A DNA stretch of 64,000 nt from Macrostomum lignano (lineage: Eukaryota), in NCBI GenBank assembly GCA_002269645.1, contig NIVC01001130.1, positions 248,001-312,000 of the forward strand, read 5' to 3'. A model generated the notes under the pieces. That model had not been told where the DNA came from and searched no databases. It saw nothing but the letters and a program-made list of their open reading frames with translations. The translations under genes were made by a program, and so were the position numbers. Each line of letters opens with the position of its first letter. Positions within the stretch are counted from its first letter, which is position 1. This document shows, piece after piece, positions 49,330-61,430 of this stretch.

Positions 49330-49453
49330 ATTTGGAAAAAGGCCATTTATTGTCACAATATAAAAAGGTCATTTATTGTCACAACATTACCATATTTTTG
49401 AGAATTTTTTACATGCATTTGTAATTATTCAATTTTTGTTTAGGCATACACCT

Positions 49454-50961
49454 GGGCATTTCCGCCAAATAGGGACACAAATTGTGTCCGAGTGTGCAAA
49501 GAAGAAGAAAAATGTTGAAAACAGGAAATCTAACTAGAATTTGTTATTAAATTTCTTTTTTTATCTTGTAGAAGCACAAGAAATTTTCTGGTAACAATAA
49601 AAGTTGCCGATAAAAGTTATACTGATCTAAGAAGACGATTAATACTGTAGGAGAATAAAATTTTATATTGAGGCATAATTGCTTGCTTATAATTAACTTT
49701 CTTTCAGTCAATAATTTTTAATTGTTTCTTAATGCTTTTAATCAACTTTTTAATTCAGATTTTGTTATTTTTGCGCATAAGTTCATACGATATTTTTTAA
49801 CTTTGTCAAAATGTTTTTTTCTGCGCGATATACCGAACGTAAATCTCTAATTTTACTTTTCAGTAACTAGCCGATCACCGTAATTATTCAGAAGTTCCAG
49901 TGCAACTTTGCAAGCAGCAAGAAATGCATATGCTTCCACAATCTAGAGAAAGTTTTTCTGAAGCAATATTACAAGTAAATGTGGGGAAAATTGATTTAAT
50001 ACTATGTAAATTACTATCTACATACTATAGTGCAAAATGTAAATTACATTTTTATTGATAAATAAACAAGAAATTAATGTGAAACTGTTTTATTTTCCAG
50101 CTTTTATACCTAATGATAGTCTTGTAAGACTGATTTTGAGAAAAAAACTAGCAAAAATAAAATAAAGGGTACAACATGAAAATACATCTCGTGTAAGTAG
50201 TGTGCTTACTACATTTAAATGTTAATATTTAAGGTATTTTGACAGATTACGGTTCAGCAGACCACTTTTTGTGAAGCTCTGTATGTCGGCAATCCATAAA
50301 TATATTGTTTTCAGCTGATAAAAAGCACTAAAAAAAATTATTGGGTACAACATGAGTACAATCTTGTGGTTAAGATGTCACATCGAAAAAAAATCAATGT
50401 CTTAGAAAAATGTATTAAGCAAATTCTATTGCTAAAAAATATACTGATACATCATCGCAAAGATGTTTTCCTTCATTTAAGCTAAAAAACGTGAAGATTG
50501 AAAGCCTTATGAGTAAATGAGAGGGTACAACATGAGTACAAATGATGCAAAAACTTACCGTTTATACTTTTTGGTATAGCAAGAAAACTGATAAAAATCA
50601 ATGACTTCTTGCAGGTTTTGTGACGAAAAGGAATGATTTTAACAAAGTTTAATGTGTTTTTTTCATGAAACAAAGAGAATTACTATAAAGAATGTTTTCT
50701 TCGCTCTTTTATTCAATGTTGAAGTTAAAAATTGTGTGTTTGGACATCCAAAAAAGTGGCGTCTACGTAAGTTTAAAATGGTTTTTCAACATTAATTTTG
50801 CCGATTAACAATCTTCAAATAGCTTTAAATTGAGCAAAAGTGGTTGTATTTTTCAGTTTAAGTCCTTGTTTGACTTCAATTAGCTGGCTTAAGCTACAAT
50901 TCATCATTTTCTGTTTGTTGAAGTGTAATTTTCCGATAGTGCCTAATTGGCGGAAATGCCC
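49454..50961. mobile_element. 1.5-kb TIR element with 4-bp TSD ACCT, possibly Sola2-like
   Basis: The left end GGGCATTTCCGCCAAATAGG matches the reverse complement of the right end (GGGCATTTCCGCCAATTAGG). ACCT at 49450-53 and 50962-65. Confidence 0.7.
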
Positions 50962-52057
50962 ACCTAGCATGATCTAGACTATAGCTTAGAACTGATATAT
51001 AGCCTATGTGCAAAGAAATTACATAACAAAAGAATGTTGCATAAGTGGCAATTGTTGCATATTAAAAATTGTTCCTGAATGCATGAAAAAATCAGCACTA
51101 GACATCAGCACTAGCAGCAAAAGAAAGAATTGTTTTGCAATTATAAATGCAGTTAAAATAAGTCCCAAAGTTGACAACTGAAAAATGAACTTAGAAGGAT
51201 CTTCAACACATTGCCCAACAACACTCCCTATTATTGAAGCCAAAATCTCTATTTAGTACTTAGTAGGGCCTATTTGAAATGAATTCGGCAAAGAGGTTTT
51301 TGGTGAAGTCTACATAAGCTAAAGATTGTGTTGTATATATAATTCTATATAACAAATCTAAAAAATATATATTGACGTTAAGCAGCTGTGAGCTAATTGT
51401 TGCAACAAAAAATTAAAACTTATACAATTATAATAATAGCCTGAAAAAAATAGACCCAAATTTTGACAACTTACAATGGGGTGTATATTCTGATCTTGAT
51501 GGTGACATTACCGAGCGCAAAACAAAAGTCAAATTTGTTCACAAAATACTTGTTTATAACTAAAATACAACATTAATAGCAGTAAAAATATTATATCTGT
51601 ATTTTTTCTTTTTTGCACAGTAGCTAAAAGTAAATAATAATAAAAATTCTATTATTTAGCTTGAATAAAAATCAATACACTGCGGTGCTTTTTTAAGTTT
51701 TGTTCCTATGTAGTTTCGTAGAACTTGTAGTACCAAACCAAGTAGTTTATACTTTATAATATGTTTAGGTGAATAGAATCCCTGGTTTTATTCTTTCTCA
51801 ACAGCGAGTAAAAATTTAGTGGTAATTTAGTCAAGTAGCCATTTTCTGGACTAAGTCATTAATTCGTTTTGTTAGAAGATTTACAATAAATACACAATAT
51901 TGCACAATATATTTATCAGATTCTATATCACGATAAAGTTCCTGCAGTTAAAAGCTGAATTTCTTTCGATTTTGATAAATAAAGAACGATATTTTTTATG
52001 ATTGGTTTTTAAAGTTGTAATACTTAGGCAGATTGCTGCCTCCCTGTGGGTTCTGCC

Positions 52058-55000
52058 ATGGGGTGTTTCAGTGGCAAAAAGAATAATGAAAAAACTGATC
52101 AATCAAAAAATATTGAAAAGAAGCTCGAAAAAGAGCGAAAAGATTACAAGTCAACCCATCGACTACTATTATTAGGTATGCTTTTAAATGTATTTATTTT
52201 TATTGGTTTAATCAGCATTCAGTTAAGGTTAGCCTATATAGTCTATTATATTAATGCTTTTTTTGTGAATTGATTTTGATAATATGATAATAGCATACTT
52301 TAATTGTCTAGTTAAATTATTTATAGCAAAATTTGTAGCATCAATTTTCAAAACAATTTAAATATCTAAAATTGAATTATGAAAAATATCCATGGTTTGC
52401 ATCGTGTATTTGTGTATAGTAGGTTTAATGCCACAAAAATGACGAGACCTTGTTTGTATGCCGGGTTTGTATATCAATACAAAAAAATTGTCATTTTTCA
52501 CAATGTATCTTCTGTGTCGTGTATGCTAGGATATACCCTGATGTATGCTGAAAAATAATATGACCTTTATTATATGCCAGGAAATCCTGGCATATGTTGC
52601 CTTTCAAACTATATGATCTAGAAGACTAGTTGGTTTTAATTTAAACTACATTTAGAAAGACAGATATATAATAAATGATATATTAATGAAAGAAAAATAG
52701 CATATTGTTATTTAGTATCATATAAATTTTGTCTTAAGGTTTTTATTAATATTTTTGGCATAACTTTGTATTTTGTTTCTTATTATAAATTATATTCTGG
52801 ATTTTTTAAACTTCTAGTCTTAAATTTAAAAGTAATTAATGATATTTCAATAATGTATTTTCTTTTGAAACCAAAAGCTTCAAGAAAATTTTTTATAAAA
52901 ACAAAATTTTATTTGACCAACACTTACTTATTTCCTTTATTTACTGCTTATACAAAACATATGTAGTATAAATTTTAAATTATATTATAAATTTATATAT
53001 AGTATATACTTGTACACTTAAGGCATCACTAGATAAGTAAAAGTTTCTTATTGCCATTTTGAATGCAAATACTTCTTTGATACAAAAACAAAAAATCTAG
53101 TTACCTTTTATTAATTTTTATATATGTATATATAATATAAAATAATATATTATAAAGTAGTAGCAATTGTATAAAAGGATAATTCTAACAATATTGCCAA
53201 GACTTAGGTAGATGGAAAATATCTTTGTCTATTATGCAATTACAATATTATAGAAACACGGACTACATGGAGAAGATAGACATGTAACTCCTTTATTATA
53301 TATACTCTTCTATACATGGCAATTTCTTTTGTTCTCATTTTTTCTTTGTGTAATATTGTTCAATGTATATCAAGTTAATATATATATCATCATTAAGCAA
53401 TAATTGCAATTGCATAAACTATATACATATATGTACATGTATCATGTATTATAATATACACAAAATATACAACATATCAGCACATGCTTTTGTAGCCCTT
53501 TAAAGTTTTGCAAAATTTCTAAAAAATTCATAGTTATATAAATATGCTATTATATAAAACTTATTAAATCTAAATAAACTTTAAAAAATTATAACAATAT
53601 CATTGATTCATACAAAGTTCTAAGAAAATTAAAATTAGATGATAAATTTCAAAACTGGACACTTAAATGACTTTTGAAAGAAAGTTTTCTAAAATTGAAA
53701 TTTACTTGTCAAAATCTAAGTCACACAAGATAGTAATCTGAAACAGTGAAATGAAGCAGGTTGTTGAATTGCTAATCTAGAAATGCTAGAAAGTAATCCA
53801 AAACTCCAAAAAATAGGAAACTGAAGTTATGCCATTTTTATTATATATTATCTGAAGTTATGAATTTACCTGCTAAATTCCAATCCTGGAATTGTTTTTG
53901 CATATATTCTTGAATCCAAACTCATGTTAAAAGTAAAACAAAAGCTTGTTAACAGCTGGAGATTCGAGTAAATTCGTGTTAAACTAAGATTTGAAGCTTT
54001 TGAACCTTCTCTCTTTTTTTACTCTTATCTGTCTCCTTTTTCTTTTATCCTTCTTTCTTTTCTCTACTTTTTTATAGTCAAAAAGGTGCCATAGAGTGCA
54101 CCAAAACAAATTTTCAGGGAATTTCAAGATGATCTGTTTCATTAAATGAGAAATTATACATTTATAAACTGCAAGTTAGTTTAACTAATAATTGTGTATT
54201 TTATAACAATTTTGCCAAAAACAATTGTGCATCACATGCACTAGAAATCTTAATCTCTGCCATGATTACAAGTATATGCCAAGTGCAACAGGGATCTTTT
54301 GTGTGCACTGATTATTCACCAAGAGCATTGTAGATCCCCTGTATGCACTGTGATTGTATGCTAAGTGCATCTTAGACCCTTATATATACTAAATTTTTCC
54401 CTGGCAAATGCTACCTTCATGACAATGGTATTGTCTTATCTCTTCTTTACTCTTTTTTCTCTCTTCTCTTTCTTCTTTTCCCTATATTCTCTCTTCTCTT
54501 TTCTCTCCTCTCATATCTTTTTTTCTTGTCTTTTTTTACTTTTTTTCTCTTTATTTTCTGTCTACTCTCTTATATCTCTTGTTTATTATATAATAATAAA
54601 CTGAAAGTGTTAAACCTATATAATAGTGTAGTAAGTTAGGCAGCTAGAATAGTTCCCAAAATTTAACCAAACCTCTAGTAAAGAGTGCTAATAAAGTTGA
54701 AGTTTCCTAAACTTCCTAAACTTAAAGTTTCCTAAACAATATATTGCTATATATACTGCACTACTCCTTATTCTAGGCAACTTGCTACTTTCTAGCTTGC
54801 AACTTTCCAGCCAGCAACATTTGGCTGGCAATTTTTTAGCTGGTAAAGTTTGTGCTTCCAGTAGTCATCAATGAATTTAGCCAATAGACTAGGGGGGTAT
54901 AATGGCTATTAATAAATGTGGCTATTAGACCAAGGCTCAGGGGATAAAGTACCAATTAACCTAAAGGATTTGGTGCTAGAGATTGCTTTGAGATTGAAAT

Positions 55001-58000
55001 CTTGTCAAATCCTTAACTATTTCCAATATTACCAAGGTCCAAATTTGAAAAAATAATGTTTGAAAACTATTGCATATAGAAAGAAATCATAAATATGGCA
55101 TATTGAAAAAACAATTTTACATACCATTTCACCCATTATAAGGGTGCCTTATACCCTATGATATGCAAATATTTGTTATTAAGAACATCTTTAGGCTCAT
55201 TCCATATAAGATGGACATTTTTGGAAAATAGAAAAAAGTCAATATTTTTGCTTGCCATTGCCTTATCAGCCAATTTTTTTACCAAATGTTTTTTATGTGT
55301 AATATCTACAATCTAAGAATAAATGAATGATAATATGTTAGATTAGTATGCTATCAAGTGGCAAAAAGTCATTTTCGTAAAAATTTAGACATTTTTCTAA
55401 GCAAAAGACATCATTAAGTTTGTGTACCTTTTAAAAACAAATAGAAAGCTTTGGAAGGTTGAAACAAACTATAGATAAAAGTATAGTACTTGCATCATCA
55501 GATAAAAGTATTGGTGACCAAATAATCTATTATATTTTTAATATATTGGTACCTCAAAGTTACTAAATTGACAGAAAAAAATATGTTACGACCATAATGT
55601 TACGACCATAAGGCTGCCTTTTCTTTTGTATCTTTGTTGCCTTTTTGAGTTTATATATTCTACAAAAAGAGTATGATTACTAAAGATGTTCTGAGTCAAA
55701 TTTTAAAAAATGTATTGCAAAATATCAAAAATAAAAATGTTATAAGACTTTTACCTTTTAGTTTCTATATGTCAAAAATCCTGTTGTTACGACCATAAGT
55801 GCCATTCAAGGTTTAATAGCATCTATACTAATGATGATATCTACATGAAACTCTATAAAAATATTTTTGACAAAATTATCTTTCATTTAAAATATTGGTT
55901 TAGTATATTCTATTATTATATTTCATTTTATAAGTAAAAATAGCCTGTCATGTTACGACCATGCTTATATGGAATGAGCCTTTAATCATTGTAGATTAGA
56001 GCAAATGGGGATCTATGCAGACTAGTTTAGAATCCTTGTTACTAGAATTCTGAACAAAAATTAGACTATTTTAGCACATAGCAATTTTTATGTAACAATT
56101 CTATGATTATATTATATATCCTATGTGGATAAATGAATCAATTAGTACTACGAGCTATATGCACTTGAAAAATAACAAATAAAGTACTAGGAAACCTTCC
56201 TAGTACTTTATTTGATTGGAATTAATATTATTTGTATATTTATTTAGTATATTAGGTTACTTATATTGTAAGTCCATAAACTATCTTTAAAATTTACTCA
56301 AATAAATTTATAATCAATAATAAAACAAATAATCTAAAAATTTTACATAATGCAATTAGCAAAAATCATTGTATTTGTCAATTGCAAGCTTATAAAGTTT
56401 TTTCCTTTGATATACATGGCATAAACCTTAGTAAGGCTAAAACTTTTCTAATATAAGCTTAGCATGATCTTTGCTATGGTATATATGAAATTAAATTTAT
56501 TTTAATACTGTTTTGTAAGATACTTTAATTAGTTTATTAAGCAGAATTACAAGTGAAATTTAGTAAGTTACTCTGTTATTAATTTCAATAATGCAATTAT
56601 TTTAGGAGCTGGAGAATCTGGCAAAAGTACTATTGTTAAACAGATGCGAATTCTGCATATCAATGGCTTCAGTCCAGAGTAAGTAAAAACTTCAACTTAT
56701 TATGATCCTCAGTGTCCTTCAGTTGTGGGTGCCGCTAATCCTCAGTGTCCTTCAGTTGTGGGTGCCGCTAATCCTCAGTGTTCTTCTGTTGTGGGTGCCG
56801 CTAATCCTCAGTGTCCTTCAGTTGTGGGTACCGCTAATCCTCAGTGTCCTTCAGTTGTGGGTACCGCTAATCCTCAGTGTCCTTCAGTTGTGGGTACCGC
56901 TAATCCTCAGTGTCCTTCAGTTGTGGGTACCGCTAATCCTCAGTGTCCTTCAGTTGTGGGTACCGCTAATCCTCAGTGTCCTTCAGTTGTGGGTACCGCT
57001 AATCCTCAGTGTCCTTCAGTTGTGGGTGCCGCTAATCCTCAGTGTCCTTCAGGGGTGGCTACGGGTTGCAGGTGAATCCCCCCACACAGTAGGCCTTTGT
57101 GCATAGCCAATAAAATGTCTATTAGAATTTCCCACAGGAAGTTTTCCCGTTGTGGTTTGCCCGCCGAGGTTTTCCCGCAGGGTTTTCCAGTCGGTATTTC
57201 AAGTCAAATCCAATCCGATTTGAAATCTACTCTAGTCTAGTTCTAATCTAGTCTAGTTCTAATCTAGTCCAACATTGTCTATAGACTAGATTTGACTCGA
57301 AATTCCAACTGGAAAAACTCTCGCGGGAAAACCTCGCTGCGGGAAAATCTTGACGGAGATATCTCGGCGGGCAAACCTCGGTGAAAAACTTTTTTGGGGA
57401 AATTCTCGTGCTCCCCAATAAAATATCTCCACCCCTGCGGCTATGTTTGCCAGAGAAAAGCGCCAGAAAATTATGGACATCAAGAAGAACATCCGCGATG
57501 CAATCCTGTCAATAACTGGCGCTATGAGCAACCTGAGCCCGCCAGTGACGCTGGAGCACGCAGACTACGAAGAGTACATTAACTATGTGCAGAACGAGGC
57601 TACTAAACCGGATTTCGATTATCCGCCGGAGTTTTTCCAATACACTATCAAGCTGTGGAACGATGCCGGGGTGCGGGCCTCGTTTGACCGGTCTAACGAG
57701 TACCAGCTGATCGACTGCGCTAAATAGTGAGTAGTGAAGAACTGCCCATGTTCCAGTTGGCATCAATAGAGAATTAAATTCTTGATTTCAAAACTTTTCA
57801 CACCCACACGATGTAAAAACATTGTTTTTAAGAAGTGAAACTTGAGCCCCTCAAAATGTCTAATATTTGATAAAAGAATGGCTCACATAAAAAATTGTCC
57901 TTTCTAAAATTTCGAAGAGGTTGCTCAATGCAACAAGTTTCGCATGAAAAATGGTGGTAAAAACGGCCCATTTAGTGACAGTCTTAAAATTTTACTTTAC

Positions 58001-61000
58001 AATTGTCATATTTGCCTATTAAAGTGAAACCATTTCTGTCACTATTGTCCACTGATTACTAATGCATACAGTAAGTTATATTTTGCATCCTAACTTCCTA
58101 TGGTTTTAATTACAGTTGCAATGGATTAATCGCAATGTATTCAAAAACAATGTTCTTACATTAATTTGTGGACCACCCTACTGAGCTCATACACAAGCTC
58201 GTCAATACTGTACACAGGCACGCACTCACAACACGCTCACACGGGTGATTAAGCTTATCAATCAGACTTAATTGTGAGTTCGCTACGAATTGTTAATGGA
58301 ATATAAAAAAAAATTTTAAATTGCGTCGTAAATAGCACATCTGTTAGCAGATGCGGCCTGTGTGCGCCCCAGTACGCTAAATATGGGCAAACTATGCTCC
58401 CGTATCTACTTGTGCCTCAGCCGCTGCATCTCTTCTTCCATTCTAGTAACAGGCTGGCCTCTATATGGGAGACGTAGGCGGAGCGCTAATATGGGGGGGA
58501 GACTTTTTTCTCTTTTGGGCCGCCATGCATCCCTTTCTCTCTTCATCATATTTCTTCCCGAGGCGCTCGGGGCTGCCGCAGGCTTAGATCCAACATTTTT
58601 TTAGAAAGGGCCAGGCCGCGGCGGCATGCGGAGAGCAGCGGAGGGGACGCGAACTGTTCGGGAGGTATCGAGAAGGGGAATATTCTCCCTCCCCCCGGCC
58701 GGCTATCCCCAGTTATTTCTCTTCCCTCCCCCCCCCCCTAGCTTAGCTGCACTTTCCCGGCGATTTGCAAATCTGGCAAAGTTCTTGTACGCCTGAATCC
58801 TTCCCCCCCCCCTGGGCTATCCCACTCTCCTCGTGCCCGCAACTCTTGCGTTCCCCTTTCTTTCAGCCTCCCCCCCAGCCTTACTCTGTCTCCTCATATC
58901 TCCCCCCCCGCCCTAAAGTCCAGTTCGTTTCCCCTTGCCTGGGGTGTAGGAACTGCGCCAACCTCTGTCCTATTGGTACTTTATTGCACTGCCGTGTGCG
59001 AAGATCCTCCCTCCTCCTTTCTGCCTTGGGTCTTTTCTAAGACTCTAACTGGCTACCGCACTCTGCGCAGGGATGGTCCCTTGGCTTGATTTGCCCTTCT
59101 TTGCACACCTCAGCTTTTTTTGGCTACAGAACTATCCCAGGGAGCTGCCTTCGGCTCATTACTTATTGCTTCTCCTAAAAGGGAACTTTTGAAGACATTT
59201 TTGGGTATTATTTTAATAGGAAATTTTGTTAGAGAATATCTGCTTGGCCGGGCTTTAAAAACTATGCTATGCTATGCATATGGGGAAAGAGTCTAATTTG
59301 GCAGCTAAAAAAAGGCTGACCAAAATCCCAGAATATGTACTTTTTCAGTACTATATGCATGATTGCATTATTCTTTCTGCCTTCCCTCTCTCGGTCTAAT
59401 TTCTCTCGTTGTACGCTTCTTGGTGTGTCTGCTACAGAAATTTCTCTGCGCCTATAGAAGAGAACCGGAGACAGGGGACTTCTTCTTTTTTTTAGCCTCG
59501 CCACTGCCTATATTTTTCACGCCCTACTGAAGGTGATATGGCTGCAAGCTGTAGGTGGAGTGCAGCGAGACGGCGGTGGAGTAGAGAGGGAAGAATGAAG
59601 GTGAACAAAGTCGAAGGAGATTGAAGCAAGGAAGGGAGGGGTCATGTCAAATATAGCTATGCCTGTATGGCTGAGGGGAGGGGGTCATGTCAAATATAGC
59701 TATGCCTGTATAGCTGAGTGAAGGGGGTCATGTCAAATATAGCTATGCCTGTATAGCTGAGGGGAGGGAGTCATGTCAAATATAGCTATGCCTGTATAGC
59801 TGAGTGAAGGGGGTCATGTCAAATATAGCTATGCCTGTATGGCTGAGGGGAGGGGGTCATGTCAAATATAGCTATGTCTGTATAGCTGAGGGGAGGGGGT
59901 CATGTCAAATATAGCTATGCCTGTATAGCTGAGGGGAGGGGGTCATGTCAAATATAGCTATGCCTGTATAGCTGAGGGGAGGGAGTCATGTCAAATATAG
60001 CTATGCCTGTATAGCTGAGGGGAGGGAGTCATGTCAAATATAGCTATGCCTGTATAGCTGAGGGGAGGGGGTCATGTCAAATATAGCTATGCCTGTATAG
60101 CTGAGGGTAGGGGGTCATGTCAAATATAGCTATGCCTGTATAGCTGAGGGTAGGGAGTCATGTCAAATATAGCTATGCCTGTATGGCTGAGGGGAGGGGT
60201 AATTTCAAATATAGCTATGCCTGTATAGCTGAGGGGAGGGGGTCATGTCAAATATAGCTATGCCTGTATAGCTGAGGGGAGGGGGTCATGTCAAATATAG
60301 CTATGCCTGTATAGCTGAGGGGAGGGGGTCATGTCAAATATAGCTATGCCTGTAAAGCTGAGGGGAGGGGGTAATTTCAAATATAGCTATGCCTGTATAG
60401 CTGAGGGGAGGGGGTCATGTCAAATATAGCTATGCCTCTAAGGCTGAGGGGAGGGGGTAATTTCAAATATAGCTATGCCTGTATAGCTGAGGGGAGGGGG
60501 TCATGTCAAATATAGCTATGCCTGCATAGCTGAGGGTAAGCGGTTTGAGCCTTTTGCGCTAGATACGAAGCTGCATTCCCAGTTATACGAGTAACTGCAA
60601 TAGGCACAGATGCCAGATTCCATAGTATAGTCTGCGTGTAATTTCGACAGCTGAGAAAGCCTCTAGAAATTTAATTAAGTTTTTTTCCCTGGCCACTAGT
60701 GAACGAGCACTTTCTTTTCTTTCCTAGCCTCAGTTTTGCCTCTCCTCTCTGGCATTGATTTGCATACCGGCGGTCTTTGGACTCGTTCATCTCTTCATTT
60801 TTTCGGCTCCGCTCATTTCCTTCTTTGTAATTTGAGAATCGCGCGGCGGCGTTCTTTCACGAATTATGATTATGAAAAAGTGCATTTATTATTTTTTTAT
60901 ATAGAAACTATTGCTGCCTACAAGTCTAGTGGCAATATTGTTACAAGTGTATTCCAGCCATAATAAAGGCATTTTCCAAATCCCGACTCCCTAACAGCTT

Positions 61001-61342
61001 TCTGGACAAAGCCGAAGAGGTCGGTCGCGCCGACTACGAGCCTTCGGAGCAGGACATCCTTCGCTGCCGTGTCCTCACGTCCGGCATCTTTGAGACGAAG
61101 TTCTGCGTTGACAAAGTCCAGTTTCACATGTTCGACGTTGGCGGTCAGCGCGAGGAGCGCAGAAAATGGATTCAGTGCTTTAACGATGTCACCGCAATCA
61201 TCTTTGTGACCGCCTCCTCATCCTACAACATGGTGCTGCGCGAGGATCCGTCTCAAAATCGGCTGAAGGAGAGCCTGGACCTGTTCCAGTCTATCTGGAC
61301 CAACCGGTGAGAGGGGAGCGCTGGGCTGCCGGCACGGCTCGC

Positions 61343-61430
<88 letters not shown>

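Noticed and set aside
56702-57106. Repeat-protein ORFs here and at 63283-63699
   Set aside because: Stop-free frames of 33-bp minisatellites inside confirmed GNAS introns.
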